Of a stretch of 64,000 nt of DNA, positions 41,210-50,998 are shown piece by piece. The translations under genes were made by a program, and so were the position numbers. Position 1 is the first letter of the stretch. Each line of letters starts with the position of its first letter. The notes below the pieces were generated by a model. That model was not told the DNA's origin, searched no databases, and saw only the letters and a program-made list of their open reading frames with translations. Origin of the DNA: an uncultured delta proteobacterium (lineage in GTDB: Bacteria; Desulfobacterota; Syntrophobacteria; BM002). Location of the stretch: contig CAVQGX010000020.1 of NCBI GenBank assembly GCA_963712115.1, positions 187,880-251,879 on the forward strand, read 5' to 3'.

Positions 41210-41737
41210 TCACAGTCCTTTCTTTTCAAACCACCAAAAAAGCACCAGAGCACCGACAATCATAACTGGCACTATTACCCAATGACTTAATCCCAAGAGC
41301 TGAGGCAAAGTGATTTCGCCTAAATTTCCCCAAGTGAGAATGGTGGTTTTGAGAGTGGGGTAAACTTCGGCAAAAATAGCAGCCCCGACAAGCATGCCAA
41401 CAATTCCCCAGAGGGCATCCCACCGGCCCTCACCAAGAGCCCCAGCTGAAGTGCCCGGGCAATAGCCCAAAAGCCCCCAACCGGCTCCGAAGATCAATCC
41501 ACCAATGATATTTCCGCCCAGATTAGTAGATTTTACCGAAAGTTTGATCAGCCCCATGTCTTTGAGAAGATAAATGCCAACCATGCCAACGAGAACAGTG
41601 GAAAGCATGAACTTAACAATAGTCATGTCCATCAATCTCAGGGCTCCGAGTTGCTTGTCATAACGAAGTACACGACCTTTTTGCAAGAAGAAGCCAAAGA
41701 AAATACCGGTGACAAGTCCATAGATGAGCACTTTCAT
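41210..41737 (-). CDS. YeeE/YedE-family sulfur/selenium transporter, second half
   Basis: FGFFLQKG, GGLIFGAGWGLLGYCPGT, hydrophobic. Confidence 0.88.
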   Translation of the reverse strand: MKVLIYGLVTGIFFGFFLQKGRVLRYDKQLGALRLMDMTIVKFMLSTVLVGMVGIYLLKDMGLIKLSVKSTNLGGNIIGGLIFGAGWGLLGYCPGTSAGALGEGRWDALWGIVGMLVGAAIFAEVYPTLKTTILTWGNLGEITLPQLLGLSHWVIVPVMIVGALVLFWWFEKKGL

Positions 41738-41743
41738 GGCTGC

Positions 41744-42259
41744 TTACCTCCCACCGTAGAGAATCCTGGCGACGACAAGACCACCAGCAAAAAAACATAT
41801 GAGGGCTATGTATCCACTAATCGCCAGCTGAGCCGAACCGCTCAGTCCGTGGCCGCTAGGTCAACCCCCAGCCAGTCTGGCCCCGAACATGGCCACAGCC
41901 GCGCCCAGGAAGGCAACGGTGGCCCTCTTGCTAAGGCTGCTGCCAAAACGGTTTTTCCACATGTCAGGCAGAGCCTGCCAGCGGAAGCTTGCCGAGGTGA
42001 TCGATGAGATGAGCGATCCCAGAAAAATGCCAAAAACAAACATCCACTGCCAGTCAATCTTGGGTGTTTCGCTTTTAAAGTAAGCAAGTTGCGAAACCCG
42101 CTCCGGCGCAAGTAGTCCTTCGATCATTCCGGCGGAGCGGACAAAGGATGTGGAAGCGCCGAAGTACTTACCAGCAATCAAGACTGACAGTACCAAGACT
42201 AAGCCGCTCAATGCTCCAGCCAGATAGGGACTCCAGCCATCATCTGCTCTGTGGTTCAT
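41744..42259 (-). CDS. YeeE/YedE-family transporter first half, probable selenoprotein (UGA=Sec at 41861-41863), 171 aa
   Basis: WSPYLAG, FGAST, FGARLAGG-UGA-PSGHGLSGSAQLAISGYIALICFFAGG..* stays in frame to a TAA at 41744, which overlaps the next gene's RBS. Confidence 0.88.
41823..41853 (-). promoter_or_regulatory. SECIS-like hairpin
   Basis: CUGAGC-GGUUCG-GCUCAG stem-loop; the G-led loop starts 21 nt after the UGA; extendable lower stem. Confidence 0.7.
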
Positions 42260-42541
42260 TTTTCACCGACCTCCTTTCTGCTTCAACATGGATGGGCACT
42301 GCTTATTTTATCAGGCTGAGATTAAATACTATCTTCGCATACATAGAAATGTGAACACTTTAACATGGCAGATTGGCTAGGCACAAGATTTTTCAACCCT
42401 TTTAAAGATTATGGTTGGTGGCAGATGGGTGCGGAGCGCAATCCTTTGCTAAGGTAGGGAGAAGGTAAATATTACATGGGAATGTTGGAATGCTTTCTTC
42501 TGACTCCTGAATTCTGGCTCCTGGCTCCTTATAGAAACTAG

Positions 42542-42728
42542 CTAGTGTCCATCCAGTAAAATCCTGGTGGACAATAGCTGGAGATTCCAATTCATAAATG
42601 AGCAATTTTGCGGAAGGTCAAGGAAATTAAGGGATTGCGCGGAGACGTACTGAAGTACGTCGCACAAGAAATCTCGCAGATTGACGCAGAGATTCCGCAA
42701 AAGGGCCATTTATGGATGGAAGCTAGCT
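42542..42728. mobile_element. CTAG-ended hairpin plus MITE with a central ACGTAC..GTACGT dyad
   Basis: CTAGTGTCCATCCAG..CTGGTGGACAATAG; TTCCAATTCATAAATG..CATTTATGGATGGAAGCTAG. Confidence 0.65.
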
Positions 42729-43266
42729 AGATATACATTACCATAATGGTGAGATCTGATTGATTTCCCTCAAAGTCCTTAACAAAACCTCTCAGAGAGG
42801 CGATCTCATTGAAACCTAGCTTTCTAAATATAGTACGGGTTTCCACCGAAGTGGGTGCAATCTCTGCGGTGAGCTGCTCCAGACCAAAGTAAGCAGCTAT
42901 CTCTATCAATTCTTGAATAAGACGAGTGGCTAGACCTTTTTGCCGGTATCCGAGATCATTGGTGATACGGATCTCTCCTTGATGTTTAGTCCAACCAATC
43001 TGATTGAAATGTAAGGTGGCATTGGCCACAACCCTTCCCTTATCCAGAGCGAGCATTGGCAAGACCACATCATAGTCCAAATCGTAAATCCAGTTTGCAA
43101 TCACCTTGGGGTCGGTAACGTCGTCCTTCAAGCCCATTCGATCCTCGGGGGGCATTTTCAAAAAATACTCGTGCAAAGCCTGTTGGTCTTCTTTTCTAAG
43201 AGGCCTTAGAGTGAGTTCGGTTCCATCCCTCAAAGTTGCTTTCTTGGGATATTCATAAAGTATCAT
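42727..43266 (-). CDS. GNAT acetyltransferase
   Basis: YPK..LRDG..LRPL..D; RQKGLA acetyl-CoA-binding motif; FRKLGF. Confidence 0.87.
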   Translation of the reverse strand: MILYEYPKKATLRDGTELTLRPLRKEDQQALHEYFLKMPPEDRMGLKDDVTDPKVIANWIYDLDYDVVLPMLALDKGRVVANATLHFNQIGWTKHQGEIRITNDLGYRQKGLATRLIQELIEIAAYFGLEQLTAEIAPTSVETRTIFRKLGFNEIASLRGFVKDFEGNQSDLTIMVMYI

Positions 43267-43351
43267 ATGACCTCCTCTTCCAGAAAACTCCCTTTTTCAT
43301 GGGAATTTTAGACATTTTAGACAATTTAGCTCACTTTAGGCATTTGTGACC

Positions 43352-44530
43352 CTAAAAGTACCACTCCCTCTCTACTATGCAGGCAATCCCCATGCCGGCT
43401 GCCAAACCTACTTTTACATCCCTCCTTTGCATCTCATAAAGAAGGGTTGTCAATATCCTCGCCCCACTGGAGCCCATGGGGTGGCCTAGGGCAATGGCAC
43501 CTCCATTGACGTTTACTATTTCCGGATCAAGGTTCAATTCTCGCAAAGATACAATGGACTGAGCGGCGAAGGTCTCATTTAATTCTACAAGGTCGATTTG
43601 CCTGTCAACCCCTGCCCAGACTTTATGGAGAGCGCTTCTCACCGCGTAGATGGGACCGTAGCCCATTAGCTCAGGTTCGGACCAGTGATAATCATAGCCA
43701 ATGAGCTTGGCCATGGGCTTAATCCCCATCTTGAAGGCCTTTTCTCCACTCATAATTAGAAGAGCTACAGCCCCATCAGCTACCGCTGAGCTGTTACCTG
43801 CGGTTATGGTCCCACCCTTGCCAAATACAGGCTTCAACTGACCCAAGGTCTCAGGGGTGGCTCCGAATCTGGGATTCTCATCTGTATCACAAGTAACCGG
43901 GCTTCCTTTTTCTTGGTGGACTTTGACAGGCACGATTTCATCTTTGAAACGCCCGGAAGTTATTGCTGCTTCAGCTTTTTGATGGCTCCTTGCGGCGTAT
44001 TCGTCCTGTTCCTTCCTACTAATGCCGAACTTCTCTCCAACATCTTCCGAGGTTATACCCTTCCTGCTGTCCCCAAGGGAGCACCAAAGGCCATCTCGGA
44101 TCATTATATTAATGGCACCCTCGGACTCTGTTGCGGGTGGGTCGGAGGTTTTCTGCAGTAAGAAGGTTGCCGCGCTCATATTTTCCATGCCACCAGCGAC
44201 CACAATTTCCGAATCTCCGGCTTTTATCGTCTGAGCAGCCAAAAATATCGACTTCATACCTGCGCCGCAAACCTTGCTCACCGTAAAAGAAGGGCTATAC
44301 TGGCTTATTCCAGCACGGACTGCGGCTTGTCCTGCCGGATTTTTGCCTAGCCGTGCTTCCAGCACGTTACCCATGATCACCTCATCAACCTTATCCGGCC
44401 GAATCTTGGCTCTGGCGAGGAGTTCTTTCACTACAATCTCCCCTAACTCAGCAGCAGGTACAGAACTGAGCTTGCCCCCGAATTTACCTATGGCGGTGCG
44501 AACAGCACTGACTATTACCACCTCTCGCAT
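43352..44530 (-). CDS. Thiolase-like protein lacking the C-terminal CxGGG motif
   Basis: [15 protein letters not shown] (first Cys), GGMENMS, TAGNSS, NETFA, GHPMG. The end reads GLAAGMG instead of GLA(T/A)LCIGGGMG. Confidence 0.88.
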   Translation of the reverse strand: MREVVIVSAVRTAIGKFGGKLSSVPAAELGEIVVKELLARAKIRPDKVDEVIMGNVLEARLGKNPAGQAAVRAGISQYSPSFTVSKVCGAGMKSIFLAAQTIKAGDSEIVVAGGMENMSAATFLLQKTSDPPATESEGAINIMIRDGLWCSLGDSRKGITSEDVGEKFGISRKEQDEYAARSHQKAEAAITSGRFKDEIVPVKVHQEKGSPVTCDTDENPRFGATPETLGQLKPVFGKGGTITAGNSSAVADGAVALLIMSGEKAFKMGIKPMAKLIGYDYHWSEPELMGYGPIYAVRSALHKVWAGVDRQIDLVELNETFAAQSIVSLRELNLDPEIVNVNGGAIALGHPMGSSGARILTTLLYEMQRRDVKVGLAAGMGIACIVEREWYF

Positions 44531-44549
44531 AAGAGCTCCTTCGTATCCG

Positions 44550-45098
44550 CTAGTCCTGGCTTAGATCTTTAACCAGGACAGCGATATCTTGATAATCGTC
44601 TTGATGGACGTCTTTGACAAAATTCTTCAGGTTGGCTACCTGGGTGAAGCCGTTTTTTTCAAATACCCTTATGGCATCGGTCTGGGAGGCAATGACCCGG
44701 GCCGAAAGCTTGTCCAGGCCGGCTGCGCGGGCGAGACTTGTGAGTTCTTCAACTAGACGAGACCCCAAGCCGCGCTGCCTGACTTCGGTGGAAATAGTGA
44801 CCCGGATTTCACCCACGTGCTTTTCCCAGCCAGAGGTTTTCCTGTGGAGAGTGGCATTTGCCATTATCCTGCCTTCATGCTCCGCCAGAATCGGTAGAAC
44901 CTTGTCGTAATTGATCTCTCGACACCATTTCTCTACTAATCTTCTGTCAGTTGGATCGTCACGCAGGTATCTGAGGTCCTCTTCAGGAAGGGAGACAAAA
45001 AACCTGTAAACACCCTCCAGATCGTCCGCGATCATCGGCCTGAGTCTGCAACTGAAACCGTCTTTCAGTTCCACCTCTTTAGGATATTTTTGCAGCAT
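44550..45098 (-). CDS. GNAT acetyltransferase (paralog of 42727-43266)
   Basis: YPKEVELKDG..LRPM; ANATLH..GW.KH.GEIR shared with the paralog; RQRGLG. Confidence 0.88.
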   Translation of the reverse strand: MLQKYPKEVELKDGFSCRLRPMIADDLEGVYRFFVSLPEEDLRYLRDDPTDRRLVEKWCREINYDKVLPILAEHEGRIMANATLHRKTSGWEKHVGEIRVTISTEVRQRGLGSRLVEELTSLARAAGLDKLSARVIASQTDAIRVFEKNGFTQVANLKNFVKDVHQDDYQDIAVLVKDLSQD

Positions 45099-45218
45099 AT
45101 CTCCTCCTCGATATTACCAAGTCTCACGCAAGGTATGAGTAGAGGTCATTCTGGTTAATGGTAATGGCAGTTTAATTTTGCCTGAATTTGATTCGAAGAG
45201 TTAACAAGGTTCACCTTG

Positions 45219-45490
45219 CCTGTCAATCAGAAAAACCGCCCCTGATCATCAGCAAGGCATCATCTGCCGTTCGACAGGCTCACGGCCCTGAGCAAAGTCG
45301 AAGGGCGGCGTTGCCTTCGATCGCTCCTCTCGTTCGACCTGGAGGCTCTCGACAGGCTTGCGGCGTATTGCCCCATACGCCTCAGTCATCGCTCCGCGGC
45401 GCCTTGCATCTAATACATTGCTGGTGATCAGGAATACTCCATAAGACGTTGATTTCAGTCGTGATAACTAAATGAGACGGTGGATTTGGG
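45219..45490. mobile_element. Dispersed composite repeat element, copy 1
   Basis: Core CAGCAAGGCATCATCTGC..GCGGCGTATTGCCCCATACGCCTC..TTGCTGG and both flanks are shared with 59719-60037. Confidence 0.85.
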
Positions 45491-45514
45491 CCGCCACCAT
45501 CACCCACTTCAACT

Positions 45515-46909
45515 CTAAGTTCTGTAAGATTCCTCCAGTGAGTAGAAAAGAGCAGCAACAGAGCAAATGGCGCGATGGAAATCTTCAAGAGAGAAACGCT
45601 CGTTGGGCGAATGGGCACCGTCATCAGGGCTACCCCATCCTAAAAGAAGGATGCTACCGCAGTCGAGCACCTCCTTGAACAAGCCCACTATGGGGATAGT
45701 ACCACCTTCTCGAATGAATACTGGTTTTTTGTCAAAGCCAAATTCGATGGCCCTGGTAGCAGCTTCCATGGCTGGTTGGTTCCGCTCAATAAGGACGGGA
45801 TCAGATCCGTGCATTTCCGAGATCTGAATTTTAACAGCAGATGGTGCAATGGAGTGAATAAAGCTCTTGAACCGTTCATTAATGGCGGATGCACGCTGAT
45901 TGGGAACCAATCTCATGCTGACCTTGGCACCGGCTTTGGCAGGGATAATCGTTTTTGCCCCTTCTCCTGCAAATCCACCCCAAATGCCGTTCACATCAAG
46001 AGTGGGACGGGCTGTCTTCCGTTCCACTATAGAGTAGTCAGGTTCACCTACTAACTCATCAACTCCTAGATATTTTTTCAACCGCACTTCATCAACAGGC
46101 AAATTGGACAACTCCTGCCGTTCTTCCGGTCTTAATTCTAGCACATGGTCATAAAATCCAGGTATGGCAACGGTTCCGTCAGTATTTTTGAGACGGGCCA
46201 TCATTTCGGCTAATACCTGTACCGGGTTGGCCACAACTCCACCAAAGCTTCCGGAGTGGAGATCGAAACGGGGACCTTGTACCTGGATCTCCAGATAGCA
46301 AAGCCCCCTCAATCCGTAAGTGATGGCAGGGATGCCAGAAGCGAACTGGGAACCGTCAGATATGGCAATGACATCAGCTTGTAGGTATTCTCGGTTTTCT
46401 TGCAGGAACGGACCAAGATTCGGACTGCCAATTTCTTCCTCTCCCTCAATCAGCACCTTGACATTAAGGGGGAGTCTACCGGTCACAGAAAGCATCGCTT
46501 CCATGGCCTCCAAATAGGTAAGGCATTGTCCCTTATTATCTGTGGCCCCGCGAGCATAGATGTGGCCATCCCTGATACTTGGGGAGAAGGGAGGGGTAAT
46601 CCATTCATCCAAAGGATCGGGGGGTTGTACATCGTAATGCCCATAAATAAGAAGTGTGGGCAGGCTGGCGTCAATGACAAGATGTCCACAGACCACCGGA
46701 TGACGAGCAGTTTCACGAAGTTCTACATGGAAACCTAGTTTCTGCAGCTTGTTCACTACCCAGATGGCAGCTTGACGGATATCTGCAGCATGGTCCGGTT
46801 CGGTGCTTACGCTCGGAATCCGCAGGAACTCAGCAAGTTCTTCCACATATCGTTGACGGTTGGCGCTGATCTCATCTACTACTTTGCGGGGAACCATAGC
46901 AATCTCCAA
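45515..46909 (-). CDS. M20 family dipeptidase/amidohydrolase
   Basis: YGHYDVQP, ARGATDNKG, EGEEEIGS, DLHSG, GGTIP, HSPNE. Confidence 0.92.
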   Translation of the reverse strand: MEIAMVPRKVVDEISANRQRYVEELAEFLRIPSVSTEPDHAADIRQAAIWVVNKLQKLGFHVELRETARHPVVCGHLVIDASLPTLLIYGHYDVQPPDPLDEWITPPFSPSIRDGHIYARGATDNKGQCLTYLEAMEAMLSVTGRLPLNVKVLIEGEEEIGSPNLGPFLQENREYLQADVIAISDGSQFASGIPAITYGLRGLCYLEIQVQGPRFDLHSGSFGGVVANPVQVLAEMMARLKNTDGTVAIPGFYDHVLELRPEERQELSNLPVDEVRLKKYLGVDELVGEPDYSIVERKTARPTLDVNGIWGGFAGEGAKTIIPAKAGAKVSMRLVPNQRASAINERFKSFIHSIAPSAVKIQISEMHGSDPVLIERNQPAMEAATRAIEFGFDKKPVFIREGGTIPIVGLFKEVLDCGSILLLGWGSPDDGAHSPNERFSLEDFHRAICSVAALFYSLEESYRT

Positions 46910-47040
46910 TTCATATTGATTCTATCCATTCCAAAAATTTTTTTCATCCCAATATGCCCACAAAACACCATTCAACCAAGGTTTTTACATTAGACCTATT
47001 TACTTTGTCGAGGCTCTATTGTATCTGTTCCAGGTTCCCT

Positions 47041-47292
47041 GAATTCAAAATCCTAAATCCTAAGCACGAAATCCGAAACAAATTCAAATGATCGAAATCC
47101 AAATGACCTAAAGGAGAATTTCCGCAAACAGTATAAACCCTTTCTCCCAGAGAGATTATGTGGTAATTCGTCATCCCGGCCAAGGCCGTCTGCAGCGGAC
47201 GCGAGCCGGGATCCAGGAAAATTCTGATAATATTAAATGCTCACTAGATTCCGGATCTCGCGCCGCGAAGCGGAGCTCGTCCGGAATGACTG
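47041..47292. repeat. AAAT-periodic repeat plus an inverted pair of GTCATCCCGG..CCGGGATCCA REP-like units
   Basis: AATCCTAAGCACGAAATCCGAAACAAATTCAAATG (also near 51800); GTCATCCCGG..GCCGGGATCCA / TAGATTCCGG..TCCGGAATGAC. Confidence 0.7.
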
Positions 47293-47377
47293 GTTCGGAT
47301 TATGAGTTTACTTCGCTAGTTTTGTCTGACGAGTTGCGAGCCAGCTAGTCCTCGAGTGAAAGGTGGAGTCGTAATAA

Positions 47378-48565
47378 ATGTCGCGGTGGACCTGGATCGT
47401 AGTGTTTTTTAGTCGCCTAGTGCTTAATCTGGCAGTTCGGGTAACCTATCCCTTCCTACCCGCAATAGCCCGCGGTCTAGACATTTCTTTCCAGCAAGCC
47501 GGTCTTCTGGTAGCGGCACGACACTGCGTAGGTCTTACAGGCGCGCTCTGGGGTGTTGTTTCCGAACGCAAGGGGTACCTATGGGGGATGATGATCGGGC
47601 TGACCACCCTTCTCTTGGGATCCTTCACCGTCTCCTTATCAAGGGGTTTTACCTTCGCCCTGGTGGGTTTTGTCTTAATTGGCATATCAAAGCCTGTTTA
47701 TGATCCAAGTGTGCAGGCCTTTGTCAGCTCTCGCATACCCTACTCCAAAAGAGCCAAGGCCCTGGGGATCCTAGAGGCATCCTGGGCTGGTAGCTGGCTT
47801 TTGGGTGTACCGCTGAGCGGCTTGCTCATTGCTCACTTTGGCTGGCACAGTCCCTTTAGTCTCATCTCAGGAGCTGCCCTTTTAGCAATTTTTTTGACCA
47901 CCCGGTTAAAGGACGTAACTTCAACAAACCAAGCTTCAGCGAAAAATGCTGAGCAGAATCTTTCGGCTCCTTCAGAAGCACCTTTAGGCAAGGTAGGACC
48001 TATCCTGATTCTGGGAGTTTCTCTTTTAATGGTCTTTGCCAATGAAAATATGGTGATTGTCTATGGAGCATGGCTGGAAGAGCAATTTCATCTGCAAGTG
48101 CGAGAATTGGGCTATTTTTCTATTTTAGTAGGCATGGCTGAGCTTGGGGGAGAACTTACTGTGGTGGCTCTGGTGGATCGAATTGGCAAGAGGAAAGCCA
48201 TCCTGGGGGGTCTGACCCTGACTGGACTCAGCTACCTTGCCTTACCCTTTTGTCAGAGCTCTATATATATGGCGCTAGCAGGTCTTGCCTGCATGTTTTA
48301 TCTTTTCGAATTCACCATCGTCTCCATTTTCCCCTACGTTTCAGAAATGGTTCCAGCGCAACGAGGAAAATGGCTTGCTTTCAACTACACCGCCCTAGTT
48401 ATTGGTCGATTGTGCGGTGCCCTCTCGGGGCCATGGCTCTGGCAAAGAAGCATGAATATCTTATTTCTGGTTATTGCCTCACTGGTTGTCCAGACCCTTG
48501 CAGTTTTGCTCCTGCTAATTTCAAAACCTAGGACAAATGCAACGGACCTGAGGTCCGGGGTGTAG
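47378..48565 (+). CDS. MFS transporter
   Basis: About 12 hydrophobic segments; SERKG and DRIGKR loop motifs. Confidence 0.88.
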   Translation: MSRWTWIVVFFSRLVLNLAVRVTYPFLPAIARGLDISFQQAGLLVAARHCVGLTGALWGVVSERKGYLWGMMIGLTTLLLGSFTVSLSRGFTFALVGFVLIGISKPVYDPSVQAFVSSRIPYSKRAKALGILEASWAGSWLLGVPLSGLLIAHFGWHSPFSLISGAALLAIFLTTRLKDVTSTNQASAKNAEQNLSAPSEAPLGKVGPILILGVSLLMVFANENMVIVYGAWLEEQFHLQVRELGYFSILVGMAELGGELTVVALVDRIGKRKAILGGLTLTGLSYLALPFCQSSIYMALAGLACMFYLFEFTIVSIFPYVSEMVPAQRGKWLAFNYTALVIGRLCGALSGPWLWQRSMNILFLVIASLVVQTLAVLLLLISKPRTNATDLRSGV

Positions 48566-48575
48566 GAAGCACCAC

Positions 48576-48606
48576 AAAAAAAGGCAGAGGCGTCATTGCC
48601 CCTGCC
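48576..48606 (-). terminator. Intrinsic terminator
   Basis: GGCAGGGGC-AATGAC-GCCTCTGCC-TTTTTTT on the minus strand, after the stop at 48636. Confidence 0.7.
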
Positions 48607-48635
48607 CGGAAGGAGAGCCACTTAAAGCAAATTGA

Positions 48636-49325
48636 TCATTTCTTGGCTACTTTATCTTTTTTGTCCTTTTTCTCTTTATGGTGCTTCTCTTCTTTATGCT
48701 TCTTTTTCATGTGCATTTTGCCCTCTTTTTTGATCACCGCCACCCACTCGCCTTCGAAATTCGATCTATCATTCAGACTGCCGGTGAGGGCTAATCCAAC
48801 CTCCTGACCATCCTCGAGTTCTCCCAGACTATTCTCCAATGCTTCCACAACTTCCTGATTCTTGAATTTTAATACGAGATCCCCAACTCCGTCCTTTCCA
48901 TCTGGACAGAGACGGGAATCCTTTTGCTTCCAATGCCACGGTGGTACACCGGCCAGTTGCACACTTTTCGGGTCAACATTACTTACCTCAAGGTCACGAC
49001 TGCCACAGACCGCAATGTTCAGGGCACCCTTCTTATTGGGGTTAAGTGTAAGCCGGCCACCAACCAGAACCTGTTGTGAAGTTGAACATAGCTCCGCTTC
49101 ATCTTCAGTCCAGGTCATCACTATTTCTGCTAAAGGGGTTGTACCAGGAGGCGGCGGCACCAACTTGATGGTGTCAGTACCTGAGGTACTAACACCCGTA
49201 AAGGTAAACTCAGCAATCCCGTCTGCATTTGTGGTTCCAAAAAGAGTTGGCGCAAATTTAGTGTGTGCGCCAAAAACCAAGTAGAAGAGAGTCACATTTG
49301 CAACTGGAACGTCACCATCAGTCAC
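48636..49325 (-). CDS. Ig-like (Big_1-like) plus 'DIKPG'-type domain protein with a Lys/His tail; probably 5'-truncated
   Basis: TTNADGIAEFTFTG; LNP..KG.L.IAV.GS.D..V..VDP.SV.LAGV..DG..DLVLKF. The frame stays open upstream to ~49409 with no signal peptide. Confidence 0.55.
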   Translation of the reverse strand: MTDGDVPVANVTLFYLVFGAHTKFAPTLFGTTNADGIAEFTFTGVSTSGTDTIKLVPPPPGTTPLAEIVMTWTEDEAELCSTSQQVLVGGRLTLNPNKKGALNIAVCGSRDLEVSNVDPKSVQLAGVPPWHWKQKDSRLCPDGKDGVGDLVLKFKNQEVVEALENSLGELEDGQEVGLALTGSLNDRSNFEGEWVAVIKKEGKMHMKKKHKEEKHHKEKKDKKDKVAKK

Positions 49326-49510
49326 CTTTGCCGTAATGGTGTGCTCGTTGTTGACGAGGGCGAAATCACAGTCTTGGCTTAATTCATAGGTTTTTAGCCA
49401 GATGATGATTTATTCAGGAGATGAAAAAGGGATGGTAAAATGCTGGCGAGGAATTAAGGGATTGACTGCTGCCAACCGGAAGCTTATTGGAACCGTTCTT
49501 TGGCCATGCG

Positions 49511-50095
49511 CTATGCGCTATGCGCTTTGCGTTTTTTATATAAAGCCATGACCTCGGAACGGGTAATAAGTGCTTCTACCTCAGTACAGAGCTTTTGGAT
49601 ATTCTGCCTACCGTTCATTTCTTCGCGATCCACCAGGACTATTACCTTTGCTACTTTAAGCCCCAGATTCTCAACCGTTTCAATGGCCTTGATGGTAGAG
49701 CCGCCAGTGGTAATCACATCGTCTACCACCACCACCTTCTCCCCGGGAGCAAATTCTCCCTCCATCTTGGCCGGAATGCCGTGATCTTTTTTCTCTTTCC
49801 GAACAATGAATTCTTTAATGGGTTTACCTTCAAGTTGGGAAATTAAAGAGACCGCACTGGAGATGGGTACTGAACCTAGCTCTAAACCACCTATTCCGGA
49901 AATATCGAGGTCCCTGATTTTAGCAAAGATCAGCCGGCCAATTAGTTCCTTGCCTTCCGGATCCAGCATGGTGGGTTTGCAATTGAAGTAAAAGTTGCTC
50001 ACCCCGCCGGACACCAACTTGAATATGGGCTCCTCGGCATATTGAAAAGATTTCTCCAGGATTATTTCCATCAAACGATTTTTCATCTTCTCCAT
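49511..50095 (-). CDS. pyrE: Orotate phosphoribosyltransferase
   Basis: FKLVSG, IVRKEKKDHG, VVVDDVITTGGS, LVDR. Confidence 0.95.
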   Translation of the reverse strand: MEKMKNRLMEIILEKSFQYAEEPIFKLVSGGVSNFYFNCKPTMLDPEGKELIGRLIFAKIRDLDISGIGGLELGSVPISSAVSLISQLEGKPIKEFIVRKEKKDHGIPAKMEGEFAPGEKVVVVDDVITTGGSTIKAIETVENLGLKVAKVIVLVDREEMNGRQNIQKLCTEVEALITRSEVMALYKKRKAHSA

Positions 50096-50185
50096 ATTTT
50101 ATCCTCTAAGTAGACAGCATCCCTCCAAGTTGAAAAACTATTCATGGATGTTTGTTAGCAGAAAAAGCATAAAAACCATAAAACC

Positions 50186-50211
50186 GTAGTGGCAGGGTTT
50201 ATCCCCGCCCG
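50186..50211 (+). repeat. GTAG-family REP
   Basis: GTAGTGGCAGGGTTTATCCCCGCCCG; contains the RAYT stop codon. Confidence 0.8.
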
Positions 50212-50684
50212 TAGAATTCTCGCCATTCAGGCCAAACTTGAGAGCCTGACCATGGATATTCTTTAGGGCTCTCAACTAATGTTGAACGAACTGGGTTTTC
50301 CCAAATGTAGCAAGCGACGTCTGACAATGATTCTTCCTTGCGCAACGCATGATCGAAAAAACTTCTTTGCCAGAAACGCTGCGAAGCTTTTATGTCACGC
50401 ACTTTTGGCGTCATTTTACCTTTGAAGAGACGGACAAAATCAACTAGCTGATTATCTTGCAGAAGCAAATGGATATGGTCAGGCATAATGCACCAAGCAT
50501 ATATCGTACTGCCACGAACCGATTCTAAGTCAAGCAGTATTTGAATCGCCATATCACATAGTTGAGGATGTAAAGCGAACCAAGGGTGTTTGCGGTGCGT
50601 CGTGAGGGTGATGAAGAAAGCATGCCTTTGACTGTAGACCGAGAGTGGAAGACGAATCCTTTTACGAACGGGGAAGCGTTCCAT
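50199..50684 (-). mobile_element. REP-associated tyrosine transposase (RAYT, Y1 HUH)
   Basis: RKRIRL, FFITLTT, CIMPDHIHLL (HUH), FWQRSFFDHALR, YIWENPV, YPWS. Confidence 0.92.
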
Positions 50685-50728
50685 AGAAATAGTCCAGGCC
50701 CTGATCCACCCCATGACTGTGGTATTTT

Positions 50729-50754
50729 CGGGCGGGGATAAACCCCGCCCCTAC
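50729..50754 (-). repeat. GTAG-family REP (inverted partner)
   Basis: Reverse complement reads GTAGGGGCGGGGTTTATCCCCGCCCG. Confidence 0.85.
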
Positions 50755-50998
50755 ATTGACAAGAGCTCGGTTTACTTATCGTAAAATAACGCTCCAGGTA
50801 ACAGCATCTCCTAGACCCAGCGATAATGACTGATTGCTCGCAGAGCGAACATAGTAGCTTTTCTCGTCATTGTATGCAACATTCCAAAAACCAAGGATGG
50901 AACTGAATGCTGAACGCTAGCGGCTGAAGGCTCTTTTAACTTGACCATCAAAGCAGGTGAAGGTATAGGCTGGAGTGGTCGAAACTAGATCTGTGAGG

